Virus record (IMG/VR): IMGVR_UViG_3300017700_000723
Coordinates: 466 to 64,465 of that record
DNA length: 64,000 nucleotides
Source: a virus
Taxonomy: Duplodnaviria; Caudoviricetes
Strand: one strand, 5' to 3'
This document shows, piece after piece, positions 26,758 to 36,690 of the stretch. The position numbers and the translations under genes are program-made. The notes under the pieces were generated by a model, which saw nothing but the letters and a program-made list of their open reading frames with translations, had not been told where the DNA came from and searched no databases. Every line of letters starts with the position of its first letter. Position 1 is the first letter of the stretch.

Positions 26758-27063
26758 TCAGAAGCCCACGTAGGGGGTGAAGTACGGGTGGCCGTAGCCC
26801 CAGCGCCACGGCAGCGGAAGCCATGGCGCTCCGCCGACCCGGACGCCGAGCCACATCAGCGCGGCCATGACCGGGAAGCCGCGGTCCATCACTCCCCTCG
26901 CGAGGGCGAGGTCGGCCGCGACGCGCTGCTCGGCGGTGCCGCCACGCCAGTAGGCCCTGTCGTGCTCGACGCACAGGTCCTGCCACGGCGGGTCGCGCCG
27001 GAGGACCAGGCGCCAGAGCCAGGTCATCCCGCCGGAGCATCCGTCTGTCGTGAAGGGCTTCAC
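26758..27063 (-). CDS. small phospholipase A2-like protein
   Basis: TDGCSGG...C.EHD.AY..GG...R..AD motif. Confidence 0.55.
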   Translation of the reverse strand: MKPFTTDGCSGGMTWLWRLVLRRDPPWQDLCVEHDRAYWRGGTAEQRVAADLALARGVMDRGFPVMAALMWLGVRVGGAPWLPLPWRWGYGHPYFTPYVGF

Positions 27064-28730
27064 TGCTGGCTTCCCTGTCCGTTGCCGTTGGCCTGGGCGA
27101 CCTTCTTAGCCCCCGGCTTCTTGCCCCCGGGACCAGCGTCTTCCTCCTCGGGAGGCAGCTTGCCGGGAGCACCGCGCTTCTGCGCGGGCTCGGTGAGCGG
27201 CTTGCCCGTGGTCGGGTGGAGCATGGGCTCACCGGTCTTCGGGTCGAGCACGGGGACGTTCGGCGCGCCGAGCAGCGGCGCCTCGTCCTCGATCTTGTCC
27301 ATCTCCTCCTCGTAGGTGAGGGTGGTCATGTCGTTCTGCACGAGCAGGGCGTGGATGCTCTCCCAGCTCAGCGGCAGGCCCTGGTTCTTGGCGGTGGCGA
27401 ACTGCACGAGGTCCTGTCCGGTGAGTACCTGGTCGGCGAACTCGGTGTTGGGCGTCACCTCGACCTCCTCGGGGTTGAGACCCAGCCAGGTGGCGGAGTG
27501 CTTGAGCGCCATCTCGAGGCCCTCGGCGCCGGTCTTCGTGATCGACAGCAGCGTGGTCGTCCTCGCCGCTACGCGGACCTTGAGGGCCTGGCCCGAGGCG
27601 TCCGAGCCGGCGTCGAAGTCGAGCAGCTTGGTGCCGCGCTCGTTCGCCATCTGGAGCAGCTTGTCGATGGCCTTCTCCTGCGCGTCCAGGCCCTCGGCCC
27701 CGACGCCGATGTACTTCGCGTCGGCCCCCGGCCTCGCGGGCAGGTCGATGATCGCCCCCGCGCCGGTCCGCAGCTTCTTGGCGTCGTCCTCGGCGCCGAT
27801 GATGACGAGCGTGTCCTGGCCCTGCATGAAGAGGTTCTGGCGGTAGTCCGCGTCCGCCCTGTACAGCGCGATGGCGATGTTGGCCAGGCCGAGCAGAGGC
27901 GGGGCCTCGGGGTCGGGGACGAGGTCGTTCGCGTTCACGAACACGAAGGGCACGACGTCCATGGTCTTGCCGCCGATGCTCGGCGCCTTGAAGTCGGACT
28001 CCGCGGGCTCGGTCCTGCCGTCGCGCAGCAGCGCCGCCAGGTAGCCGGGCTTCGCGGGCTCGACGCCCGCCACGAGCTGCGCCGGGTCGCTCATGAGCAG
28101 CCTGGTCTTCTCGACGAACTTCCAGTTGAAGGTGTTCTCGCGCTCCCAGGAGCTCTCGTCCAGGGCGACCAGCTCGATCCTCCGCTCGCCCTGCTCCGAG
28201 ACGCCGGTGTCCCAGTTGATGATGGACCTGGCCGCGTAGGTGGCGATGAACGGCATGGCCTCGGCGACCGTCTTGCCAGTCGGCACCTCGACGAGGAGGC
28301 CGATGCGCGCGTTCAGCAGCTGCTGCTCGTTGATCTTGCGCAGGAGGCTGCACGCGTCCTCGCCGTCGGGAGTGATGCGCTTTATCATCGGCTCCATGCG
28401 CTTGGGCACCTTGATGATGGCGTCCTTGCGGTGCATGACGCCGATCATGGACTGCACCGCCTCCTTGACCACGTCGTGGAAGATGGCGCGCTTCTTGTAG
28501 GCGAGGTAGTCGACGTAGCCCTGGTCCGTGGAGTTGACCATGCCGTCCGCCCGCTGCCCCGCCGTGGCGGGCAGGTAGGTCGTGCCGCGGTCCTTGACGC
28601 GCCGCTCGCCGGCGTACGTGTCCTCCATGAGGACCCAGTCCTCGAGGCGCTCCCTGTAGAGCGGGTGGGTCTCGAAGCCCACACTCCTGTCCTTGAGGCT
28701 CAGTCCGCTCTGGTCCTGGTTCGTCGCCAT
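27060..28730 (-). CDS. portal protein (DUF4055 family)
   Basis: 556 aa downstream of terL; YLP...Y..Y..RA and PPLL.LA...I..Y...AD motifs. Confidence 0.9.
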   Translation of the reverse strand: MATNQDQSGLSLKDRSVGFETHPLYRERLEDWVLMEDTYAGERRVKDRGTTYLPATAGQRADGMVNSTDQGYVDYLAYKKRAIFHDVVKEAVQSMIGVMHRKDAIIKVPKRMEPMIKRITPDGEDACSLLRKINEQQLLNARIGLLVEVPTGKTVAEAMPFIATYAARSIINWDTGVSEQGERRIELVALDESSWERENTFNWKFVEKTRLLMSDPAQLVAGVEPAKPGYLAALLRDGRTEPAESDFKAPSIGGKTMDVVPFVFVNANDLVPDPEAPPLLGLANIAIALYRADADYRQNLFMQGQDTLVIIGAEDDAKKLRTGAGAIIDLPARPGADAKYIGVGAEGLDAQEKAIDKLLQMANERGTKLLDFDAGSDASGQALKVRVAARTTTLLSITKTGAEGLEMALKHSATWLGLNPEEVEVTPNTEFADQVLTGQDLVQFATAKNQGLPLSWESIHALLVQNDMTTLTYEEEMDKIEDEAPLLGAPNVPVLDPKTGEPMLHPTTGKPLTEPAQKRGAPGKLPPEEEDAGPGGKKPGAKKVAQANGNGQGSQQ

Positions 28731-28731
28731 G

Positions 28732-30324
28732 CTATCCTCCCGTCCCGTGTGATGTGCGCTGGCCGGCGATCTTGCGGGCCTGCCTCAGCCTGTATCGAAC
28801 GTCGTCGCCGACGTGGTCCTCGCTCTCGGTGTCCACGTCGTCCATGTCCTTCTCGTCGCGGGGCAGGACCGGCACCGTGCGCAGGAACTGCCTGCAGGTG
28901 TTGAAGACGAACAGGCCGGGCTTCTCGCGTATCTTCTTCCGCACCATGACCACCCTGCCGTCGGGCAGGGTGACCTTCTCCTTGGCCGGCAGGACGTTGC
29001 CGAGCCACTCGCGGAGCTGCTGCCAGCCCTGCTTCCTGGAGCCGGGGCCCTTCTCCGTCTCGACGAAGGTCAGGCCCTTGTACCTGACGCCGTCGATGGT
29101 GACCCACTTGGCCAGGTCGTCCGCGACCGAGGTCTCGGTGCCGTTGCTCGTGTTGAACATCTGGCTGTCGCCGGGACCGGCCTTGACCCTGGAGCCCTCG
29201 GCGGTACGCCAGCCGCGCTTGATCTCGTACTCCACGCCCAGCCTGGATATCTCGGTGTTGAGCGCGCGGGTACCCTCGTTGGGCTTCCCGGTCCAGGTGT
29301 ACACCTCGCCGACGCGGAACAGGTCGCCCCGCACCGTGCTGCGCCGCCTGCCGTCCGCGTCGAAGTAGTCCTCGCCGTTGCTCTGCGCCCAGTAGCCGAT
29401 CGAGGACGGCTTGCTCGAGCCCCAGTCCATGGACCTGTCGATCCGCCACTCGGCCGGTATCTCGAACGGCTTGACGACGCAGTGGTCCTTGACCTCGAAC
29501 CAGACGTCGTCGATCATGCCGCCGGCCACGATGTCCCACGAGCCGTCCATCCACGCGGCCAGCTCCGCGGGGTTCCTGGCCGCGGCCCTGATCCTGTCCT
29601 TGTAGGTCGGGTCGGCGGAGAGCAGGATGACGTTCTCGTCCAGGTGGCCGTGGATGGCCACTCGAGCGGGCATGCCCTCCTCCTGGACCACCGGCCCGAC
29701 GATGCGGCCGGGCGGGACGGGGAGGTTGTAGCGCAGCTTGACCCAGTTGTGGCCCGGGCCGTACGGGTTCGCCGTCGCGCGGACCTTCCTAGGCATCCCC
29801 CTGCGTGTCGAGCGGGAGCAGCTGAACATGGACTTGAAGCAGCCGTCGTCCGGGTAGGTGCAGAGCTCCTCCCAGCATATCCACGGGTAGGCGTGTCCGT
29901 GGAACTTCCAGTAGTCGCTCGGCTTGGCGAACTGGCGGAAGAGCAGGCGCTCGCCGCCGGGGAAGACCCACTGGCTCATGCTCTCGTTGTAGCGGGCCGA
30001 GGGCATGTACTGCTTGAACCAGCGCAGCGACTTCTGGATGACGTCCTGCAGCTCGGGGTACGTCCGCCTGAACAGCACGCCGGCCCAGTCCGAGCCCCAG
30101 CCGACGCCGACGTCCTGGCAGAAGTCCATGAGCGCGGCGTCCGTCTTGCCGGGTCCGCGCGTCCCCTCGTACAGCACCTCCTCGATGGGGCAGCGGAGGA
30201 ACCACTGCTGCGAGCCGGGCTGCGGCGCCCATATCGCGGACTGCTCGCCCACCGTGGGGATGAGTATGCCCGCGTCGTTCCGCTCGTAGGCCAGGCCGTC
30301 GATGAGGGACTCAGCCGGCTGCAT
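28732..30324 (-). CDS. terL: terminase large subunit
   Basis: Walker A GTRGPGKT, WEEL Walker B, ATANP, C-terminal nuclease with EDHVGDDVRY. Confidence 0.93.
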   Translation of the reverse strand: MQPAESLIDGLAYERNDAGILIPTVGEQSAIWAPQPGSQQWFLRCPIEEVLYEGTRGPGKTDAALMDFCQDVGVGWGSDWAGVLFRRTYPELQDVIQKSLRWFKQYMPSARYNESMSQWVFPGGERLLFRQFAKPSDYWKFHGHAYPWICWEELCTYPDDGCFKSMFSCSRSTRRGMPRKVRATANPYGPGHNWVKLRYNLPVPPGRIVGPVVQEEGMPARVAIHGHLDENVILLSADPTYKDRIRAAARNPAELAAWMDGSWDIVAGGMIDDVWFEVKDHCVVKPFEIPAEWRIDRSMDWGSSKPSSIGYWAQSNGEDYFDADGRRRSTVRGDLFRVGEVYTWTGKPNEGTRALNTEISRLGVEYEIKRGWRTAEGSRVKAGPGDSQMFNTSNGTETSVADDLAKWVTIDGVRYKGLTFVETEKGPGSRKQGWQQLREWLGNVLPAKEKVTLPDGRVVMVRKKIREKPGLFVFNTCRQFLRTVPVLPRDEKDMDDVDTESEDHVGDDVRYRLRQARKIAGQRTSHGTGG

Positions 30325-30949
30325 CTGGGTCCGGCTTCTTGACGTGGACGACCTCCGTGCCCGCCTCCTTGATGAAGTCGGCCACGCTGGCCGACTTGGC
30401 CGGGAAGAAGATCGGCCTGCCGCCGGAGGTGATGTCCACCTCGCTCTTCGGCTTGTAGTTCGGGTTGCGCTTCTCGTGGAAGAACTTCAGCGAGCCGGTG
30501 TCGACGCGCTCGATCGTGAGCGGGATCGGCTCGCCGGTCAGCGGGTCCTTCTTCGGCGGGTAGTAGATGGTGCCGGTGATTGGGTCGAGGAGCGGGTCCT
30601 GCGTGGTGTCCTGCTCGTAGCAGAGGCGGCCCTGGTAGACGATCGGGTCGCGGTAGCCCATGCTCATCTCGATCAGCTTCGCCTCGGCGTGCGTGTCGAG
30701 CCATCCGCGCCAGGCGTCCTCCACCGCGGCGTGGAAGCTCCTGTCGGGCTCCAGGCCGAGCGGGTCGCGCATCAGGAAGCGCTCGTCCTTCGGGTTCGCC
30801 CGGGAGGCGTTGCGCCACTTGATCGAGGTGTCGGTCGTGACGCCGACCGCCGCGGAGGCCATGTCGTGACGGCCGGTCCTGGCGATGATCGTGACGTACT
30901 TCTCGAGCGCCTCCTGGCAGAGGCGCTGGTTCGAGGGTGCCTTGCTCAT
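30311..30949 (-). CDS. terS: terminase small subunit
   Basis: MSKAPSNQ... helical protein directly upstream of terL. Confidence 0.7.
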   Translation of the reverse strand: MSKAPSNQRLCQEALEKYVTIIARTGRHDMASAAVGVTTDTSIKWRNASRANPKDERFLMRDPLGLEPDRSFHAAVEDAWRGWLDTHAEAKLIEMSMGYRDPIVYQGRLCYEQDTTQDPLLDPITGTIYYPPKKDPLTGEPIPLTIERVDTGSLKFFHEKRNPNYKPKSEVDITSGGRPIFFPAKSASVADFIKEAGTEVVHVKKPDPDAAG

Positions 30950-31178
30950 GCCGGCCCTTCGTCCTTGTGTCTGTGTCGGTCGCGGCCTCAGCACAGCAGG
31001 GCCGGACAGACTGTGTGCCACGACGCGGGCTCCGGCGTAACCCCCTGACTGTTGGAAGCTGAGAGGCCGGAGGTCCGCCGCCTGGAGCGAGGTCCCTCGC
31101 ATGCACGCGCACGAGGCTCGACGGGCGGCATGACACGACGACCAGGCCAGAGGCTCCACCGAGCCTTCAACGCTGGCT

Positions 31179-31418
31179 GCATCGGATATCTGATGCAAGT
31201 TTATCTGATGCGATGCGGAGAAAGCTCAGTGTTATCAGCGAGATAGACCTACTTGCATCGCTGCATCAGATAAATCATCATATAACACACATACGCATGC
31301 ACACACGCCACACACATACCGAACTCAGCAGGTATCTGATGCGCGATGCGGACAGGCCTAAGTGCCTTGATCCGGATAGAGAAAAGCCGCTTCAGATCGT
31401 GAAGCGGCTATCTGAAGC
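31179..31418. repeat. array of TATCTGA(T/A)GC-like repeats in both orientations; candidate pac/cos site or origin
   Basis: copies at 31187, 31202, 31263(rc), 31333, 31409 and near-copies at 31179(rc), 31389(rc). Confidence 0.7.
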
Positions 31419-31446
31419 GGCGGGTCGGTCGGGTCTTCCGGGCCTG

Positions 31447-33741
31447 TCACGCCAACGGATCGTCCTGGCTGTCAGCCTCGCCGACCACGTCGTCGTTGAA
31501 GTCTTCGACCGCCGATAGCGGGGCGGACGTCAGCTGCTTCATGTACCGCTCGATCCTGGCCTTCGGCTCCATCTGCGAGTAGAGCTCGCCGCGCCGGGTC
31601 GCCCAGAGCCTCTTGCTCGTCGCCGTCCCCGGGACGCGGTGCGCGCCGAGGTTCGTCGCCTTGGCCTCGTCGCGGAGGAAGGTCGGGATCAGCTTGTGCA
31701 GGCCGTTCATCCGCTGGAGCCGCTGCGGCAGGTGCTGCTCGACGTCGGACACGCAGACCAGGTCCATGTTGAACGGCGGGTTGCGGTCCTCGAGGTTCTC
31801 CGCGAGCCAGCGCTCCAGCTCGGGCAGGCCCTCGCGGCGCATCAGGTCGTGGGCCTTGGTGTGCGGCGCGCGGCCGAGGCCCCACATCAGGTCGACGGGC
31901 CGGACCAGGAGCTGGGCCAGGACGGCGGCGGGGCCGTCGCCGTCGAGGAAGCGCCACAGCCTGTCCCAGTACGAGGTCGGAGTGCCGAGGCCCCGGGCGA
32001 GCGTCCGGAAGACCATGTAGCGCCTGTCGCTGTTCTCGAGCCTCAGGGCGTCCAGGTGGTTCGTGAAGGCCATGAACGCGGCCTTGTTCGCCGCCGTGAG
32101 CAGGTCCTTGCCCTTCAGCTCGACGGTGATCGTGTCCTGGGTGATGAGCGCCTTCATCCTGTTGGCGAGCGTGCGCTTGTCGTCGCCCATCAGCTCCTCT
32201 ACGACGGCGAGCCTGGTCTTCAGCACCCAGCTGTTGAACCGGTTGCCGACGTCCTCGGTGCGCAGGAAGGTCGTGTTCCTCTCGTCTACCAGCTTCGACA
32301 TCAGCACGCCGAGCCACGACTTGCCGCAGCCCTGCTCGCCCTGCATGAGGAACATGAAGTTCGGCTTGAGCCCCTCGTTCTGCAGGACCCACGCCATCCA
32401 GTCGAGCGCGGCGGCGCGCTCCTCGTCGTCGGGCAGCAGCCGGAGCATGTGCTCTTCGAACGGCCCCGTGTCGCCGGCCTTGGGCTCGATCGCCGGCTTG
32501 ACCCACGTGTTGTAGAGAGGGCCCGCGAACTCCGGCTTGCCCGGGAGGAACGCGAGCGTCTCGAACTTGGGGAGCATGCCGTTGCTCGACAGTATCTGGC
32601 CCGCGATCTTGCCCTTCTCGCCGAGGTAGCCGAACAGGCTGTCGAAGCTCTTCTCGTTGACGATGAACTTGTCGGAGCGGCGCATGAATATCTGCTGCTG
32701 CGCGATCCACACCCAGTTGTCGCGGAAGCTGACGTCCTCGAGGCTACTCCCAGAAGGCCTTGTCTGTCCGACGTTCTTGGCTGCGTCGCTCAGGACTGCC
32801 AAAGGGCGCGCGCCCCTGCTCGCGAACTCCTCTATGCTCGGCGGCTCGCCCGCCCTGCCCCATCCGCTCGGCCCGCCGAAGTGGGCCTCGGCGCTGTCCC
32901 CTCCGGGCGCGACGACCCCGGCGTAGGCCCACGCGTTCTTGGCGAAGGTGTCGCACTCCTCGTCCGTCCACGGCGGGTCGCAGCGCGGCGAGTAGTACTC
33001 CTTGAGCAGCTCGGCGATCTTGTCCTGGCTCACGCCCTTCTCGCGGAGCTCGCAGGCCACGCGGAACGTGAGGTTGTTGCCGCCCTCCCCCGCGATCGCG
33101 GGCTTGCTGTCGACCTCGAGCCACCTGACGGCCCAGGACACGGCCGCCTCGGTGTCGAGCTCCGCGACCTCGATGTCCGAGCGCTGCACGCGCTCCTCCT
33201 TGCGCTCGCCGGCCTTGTCGGCGATCCACTGCGGCAGGGGCTTGACCTTGGTCGTCGTCGACCAGGAGTACTCGCCCTGATCGGTCGTCGATCCCGGGGC
33301 CAGGACGTAGCCTCCCATCCCGCCCGCTCCACGGGTGTCGACGCCGTCTGCGAGCCGGTCGACCGTGTTGGCGACCCGGCCCTTGAAGTACAGGTGGAAG
33401 CCGCCGCTCGGCGTCCTCGCCGTCAGCGTCTCGGGGCAGGCGCCGTGGTCCAGCTCCAGCTCCTGCCAGCGCTTCGAGCCCTGCTTGTCCGGCTTGCCCT
33501 TGACCTTGGCCTTCTTGTTGTCGAGGTCGACGACGGCGAGCCCCGACTGCCCGACCGCGACGCCGATGTTGGCGTCAGGCGTCCTCTGCCACCAGCGTGC
33601 GACGACGGCTGGGTCGTCGCTGGCCTCGCTGCCCCACTTCACCAGTGGCCTGTCCTTCGTCCCCGGCTGGATCGGGAACACCTTCCAGCCCCAGCCGGCG
33701 TACTTCGCCGCGAGCTGGGCCTTCGTTGGGTTGTCGGTCAT
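31447..33741 (-). CDS. bifunctional Prim-Pol primase with C-terminal SF3/D5-like helicase
   Basis: ANIGVAVG...VVDLD...TPSGGFHLYF Prim-Pol motifs; Walker A GEQGCGKS. Confidence 0.92.
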   Translation of the reverse strand: MTDNPTKAQLAAKYAGWGWKVFPIQPGTKDRPLVKWGSEASDDPAVVARWWQRTPDANIGVAVGQSGLAVVDLDNKKAKVKGKPDKQGSKRWQELELDHGACPETLTARTPSGGFHLYFKGRVANTVDRLADGVDTRGAGGMGGYVLAPGSTTDQGEYSWSTTTKVKPLPQWIADKAGERKEERVQRSDIEVAELDTEAAVSWAVRWLEVDSKPAIAGEGGNNLTFRVACELREKGVSQDKIAELLKEYYSPRCDPPWTDEECDTFAKNAWAYAGVVAPGGDSAEAHFGGPSGWGRAGEPPSIEEFASRGARPLAVLSDAAKNVGQTRPSGSSLEDVSFRDNWVWIAQQQIFMRRSDKFIVNEKSFDSLFGYLGEKGKIAGQILSSNGMLPKFETLAFLPGKPEFAGPLYNTWVKPAIEPKAGDTGPFEEHMLRLLPDDEERAAALDWMAWVLQNEGLKPNFMFLMQGEQGCGKSWLGVLMSKLVDERNTTFLRTEDVGNRFNSWVLKTRLAVVEELMGDDKRTLANRMKALITQDTITVELKGKDLLTAANKAAFMAFTNHLDALRLENSDRRYMVFRTLARGLGTPTSYWDRLWRFLDGDGPAAVLAQLLVRPVDLMWGLGRAPHTKAHDLMRREGLPELERWLAENLEDRNPPFNMDLVCVSDVEQHLPQRLQRMNGLHKLIPTFLRDEAKATNLGAHRVPGTATSKRLWATRRGELYSQMEPKARIERYMKQLTSAPLSAVEDFNDDVVGEADSQDDPLA

Positions 33742-33837
33742 CCTACCTCCGCTGGCAATCTGGCCGACACAGATAGCACGAGGAGGCGCCCGCGAACAAC
33801 CGTCGCGTCGCCTCCTAGGGTCGGATGGTGGACTGGG

Positions 33838-34017
33838 TCAGAACTCGATGAAGCGCCCGACCGACCGCGTGGCCGTGAGCGAGACCTCGTAGTCCGTCCC
33901 GAACTTGCGGCGGATGACGGCACACTTGATCTTCGCGAGCTCCTCGGAGGTCTCGGGGATAGCGATGCGGCAGTAGTGGTGGCCGTTGTAGCTCACGTTC
34001 AGCTCGAACTTATCCAT
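33838..34017 (-). CDS. hypothetical protein (59 aa, MDKFELNVSYNG...)
   Basis: read manually; GAGGAGAG RBS. Confidence 0.55.
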   Translation of the reverse strand: MDKFELNVSYNGHHYCRIAIPETSEELAKIKCAVIRRKFGTDYEVSLTATRSVGRFIEF

Positions 34018-34192
34018 TGCAGCTCTCCTCGGTCCCCGGCACGATCCAGACGGACGCGGACGGATGTTGCGGCTCGCTATATTGGGAGAACAGGCTCGCG
34101 GCCTCGGCCACCCCGTTCTTCCATTGGGTGTTCCCGACGTCTACAGCGTAGGGCTTCGGGGCCAGACAGGTGTGCTTGTAGATGACTAACAT
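34010..34192 (-). CDS. hypothetical protein (60 aa)
   Basis: 3' part of track ORF 34010..34390. Confidence 0.5.
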   Translation of the reverse strand: MLVIYKHTCLAPKPYAVDVGNTQWKNGVAEAASLFSQYSEPQHPSASVWIVPGTEESCNG

Positions 34193-34356
34193 GGGGTGAC
34201 GTCTCCTTGCTCGATAAGGTGCTTGGCGAACTCCGGGCTGACCAGCAGCTCGGTCTCTTCGAAGTAGGAAACGCCGCGGACTGTCCGGCCCTTGACGGTC
34301 TTGACCGGGACCACTTCGCCGCGGTCGATCATGTCCTGCTGCCTTTTGATCCGCAT
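34186..34356 (-). CDS. hypothetical protein (56 aa)
   Basis: CAGGAGAG RBS before MRIKRQQ. Confidence 0.55.
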   Translation of the reverse strand: MRIKRQQDMIDRGEVVPVKTVKGRTVRGVSYFEETELLVSPEFAKHLIEQGDVTPC

Positions 34357-34444
34357 CTGTCTCTCCTGCTTCAGTGTGAGGCGCCGGCATCTTGCAGGCT
34401 TGAGGCCCGAGGGCGTCGTCGGCGTTGTTACCAGCGCCTCACGT

Positions 34445-34477
34445 TTCCCAGTATACACCGTCGTACTGGGAAGTAAA
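34445..34477 (-). promoter_or_regulatory. leftward promoter overlapping an inverted repeat
   Basis: TTTACT-N16-TATACT on minus strand within TTCCCAGTA...TACTGGGAA; divergence point of the two arms. Confidence 0.55.
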
Positions 34478-34595
34478 GTCTATAAGGGGAAGATGGCTAA
34501 TGCGGGGCTAACGACGGCGGGTCGAGGGGCCACTGGAACTGCCCCTCTATGGCACAAGGGCCCACTGACTGAACCCTGAACCGGAGAGACCCATC

Positions 34596-35054
34596 ATGCT
34601 CGAGAAGCTCCTCGCGCTCATCGAACGGATCGCAGACGCCCTCGAGGTGATCGCTGCTGCGAAGTCCGGCAACGACGCGCCGCGCACCGAGACCACGAAG
34701 ACGACCGCCACCACGACGTCGACCGAGACCAAGCCCGCCGACGACAAGGCGGCGAAGGCCGCGAAGGCCAAGGCCGAGAAGGAGGCCAAGGCGAAGGCCG
34801 AGAAGGAGGCCAAGGACAAGGCCGCTGCGGCCTCGGACCCGCTCGACCCGCTCGGCGGCGACGCGCCGGCCAAGCGCGAGTACACCGAGAAGGACACCCG
34901 TAAGATCCTCTCCGACCTGATCGACAAGAACGGCCGCGACGCCGCGTTCAAGGTCCTGAAGGAGAAGGGCGGCGGGGCCAAGGCCTTCACCGACCTCAAG
35001 CCCCAGTACTATGAGGACGTCTTCGTCGAGTGCCAGGAGCAGCTCGCCGATTAA
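34596..35054 (+). CDS. conserved phage protein, Ala/Lys-rich linker and small C-terminal helical domain
   Basis: AKAEKEAK repeats; first gene of replication arm. Confidence 0.75.
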   Translation: MLEKLLALIERIADALEVIAAAKSGNDAPRTETTKTTATTTSTETKPADDKAAKAAKAKAEKEAKAKAEKEAKDKAAAASDPLDPLGGDAPAKREYTEKDTRKILSDLIDKNGRDAAFKVLKEKGGGAKAFTDLKPQYYEDVFVECQEQLAD

Positions 35055-35173
35055 GCAGCAGGCAGGGCCGTCGGCCTCGTTAGCCGACGGTCAGGTGGGC
35101 GGGTTCTGGACGGGGTTGCTAGTCCATATTGGCCCGCCCGCCACCCCTTTCATCCAACGACCAGGAGGTTCCA

Positions 35174-35644
35174 TTGGACCTGAAGAACGAGAGTGGGCCC
35201 TACGGGCTCGAGCACCAGATCGACAAGGCCGCCGTGCTGGCGGACGCGCTCATCGCGCAGGAGGTGGCGCTCCAGGACGCCATGTGGGGCAAGGGCAACG
35301 AGCGGGCCGACGCCACGAAGGGCCAGATGCTCAAGGCTGCGCAGGCACAGCTCTCCCTCGTCGAGTTGACGGCGATGGCGGACTACGACCTCGACACCGC
35401 GATCCGCATCGCGCAGGGCGCCTTCTACCCCCAGGACTGGAGCGGCTTCCGCCACTACGGCTCGAACGTGTCCAACCTCGTCGTCGCGGTCGCGTACCTG
35501 CGCAACGAGATCAAGCGCCGCATCGTGAACGGCGAGGACACCCTCCGCACCAGCCGGCCGAAGTCCCAGCCCTACAGCCCCGACACTGGGCTCCCCTCGT
35601 TCACGACGGCGGACGCTGACTGGGTGGAGAAGATGGCGCGCTGA
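35174..35644 (+). CDS. hypothetical protein, possibly all-alpha NTP-pyrophosphatase-like
   Basis: TTG start after CAGGAGG; E..Q...WG and NL...VA.L..EI.R pattern. Confidence 0.55.
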   Translation: MDLKNESGPYGLEHQIDKAAVLADALIAQEVALQDAMWGKGNERADATKGQMLKAAQAQLSLVELTAMADYDLDTAIRIAQGAFYPQDWSGFRHYGSNVSNLVVAVAYLRNEIKRRIVNGEDTLRTSRPKSQPYSPDTGLPSFTTADADWVEKMAR

Positions 35645-35681
35645 GCGCCATCACTTCATCGAAATCGCAGGAGGTTCCACG

Positions 35682-35930
35682 ATGCCATCGACCACGGACG
35701 AGCGCCGTGCCCTGATCGTCAAGTGGTTCGGCGACATCGACTGCGCCGGGCCCGAGGACGTGCTCGAGAGCCAGGGCTTCACGGTCGGCGAGGACTGGGT
35801 GATCCGCAAGCCCACGCCGTCGCACACGATGACCTTCGAGCAGTACGAGCTCGTCGCGTTCCTGATCCAGGAGTGGGACTACGGATGGGAGAGGGGCCCG
35901 GTCGACGCGAAGCAGAGGGTCCGGTCGTGA
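35682..35930 (+). CDS. hypothetical protein
   Basis: AGGAGG RBS, ATG. Confidence 0.7.
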   Translation: MPSTTDERRALIVKWFGDIDCAGPEDVLESQGFTVGEDWVIRKPTPSHTMTFEQYELVAFLIQEWDYGWERGPVDAKQRVRS

Positions 35931-36172
35931 AGGACTTCGCGTGCGAGAGCTCTGAGTTCAACGGCCCGAAGTGCCGGGTCCAGTGTGCGCGCTGCAAGCC
36001 ACAGACCGCGACGATCCAGCTCAAGTGGAGCGACGAGAAGAACTGGCGGGACATCCGCGACGTGCCGCTCGACCGCGTCGAGGCCACCCTCGAGCAGTTC
36101 CGCCGCGAGGACACCCGCACCACGGCACACTACAAACATTCCTTCCACGGCGAGTATAGGGTGAAGCCATGA
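35927..36172 (+). CDS. hypothetical protein with Cys cluster
   Basis: GTGA overlap; C..C..C pattern. Confidence 0.55.
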   Translation: MKDFACESSEFNGPKCRVQCARCKPQTATIQLKWSDEKNWRDIRDVPLDRVEATLEQFRREDTRTTAHYKHSFHGEYRVKP

Positions 36173-36690
36173 GGTGCGAGGTCGGGGTCCACACTGGCCG
36201 CATCGTCCTGAAGTTCGCGCAGGACGACTACGACGCCATCCGCCGCCACTGCCCCGCGGCGATCGGCCATCGGTCCTGGTTCCTCATGGAGAGGGACGGC
36301 GGGATCGTGATGGAGCGCAGCCAGTATGGCGTCACGCCACACAGGACGGCGCGACAGCCGACGACCGTGCAACTGCACGCCGACTGCGAGACCATCGTGC
36401 GCTGCCACTCCCACCACCGCGAGGTCCAGTTCCCCTCGAGGGGCAAGGTCTTCGTGTCCATGCCGCCGCACCACTTATGGCCGTGGATGCAGGACGTCAG
36501 CTCCCGTCTCAAGCACATCACCCCGGACAAGTGGCGTTGGCACCTGGTCCAGGAGCTGAACGCCAGGGTCAAGAGTGCGACGCTCGCGCACGTCGACTTC
36601 GACGTCAAGGGCCTGCCGGAGTGGGCCAACAGGATGCTATCGGCGAACGAGCGCCTGAGCCTGATGAGGAACGAGGAGCTCGTGAGATGA
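36169..36690 (+). CDS. hypothetical protein
   Basis: ATGA overlaps at both ends. Confidence 0.65.
   Translation: MRCEVGVHTGRIVLKFAQDDYDAIRRHCPAAIGHRSWFLMERDGGIVMERSQYGVTPHRTARQPTTVQLHADCETIVRCHSHHREVQFPSRGKVFVSMPPHHLWPWMQDVSSRLKHITPDKWRWHLVQELNARVKSATLAHVDFDVKGLPEWANRMLSANERLSLMRNEELVR

Noticed and set aside
31179-31418. Repeat array as a CRISPR
   Set aside because: Repeats are 10 nt, irregularly spaced and in both orientations, with no 30-40 nt spacers; the Cas4-like gene is the common DUF2800 phage nuclease.
34740-34830. Short repeats in 34596..35054
   Set aside because: They encode a low-complexity AKAEKEAK linker and are not a separate DNA element.
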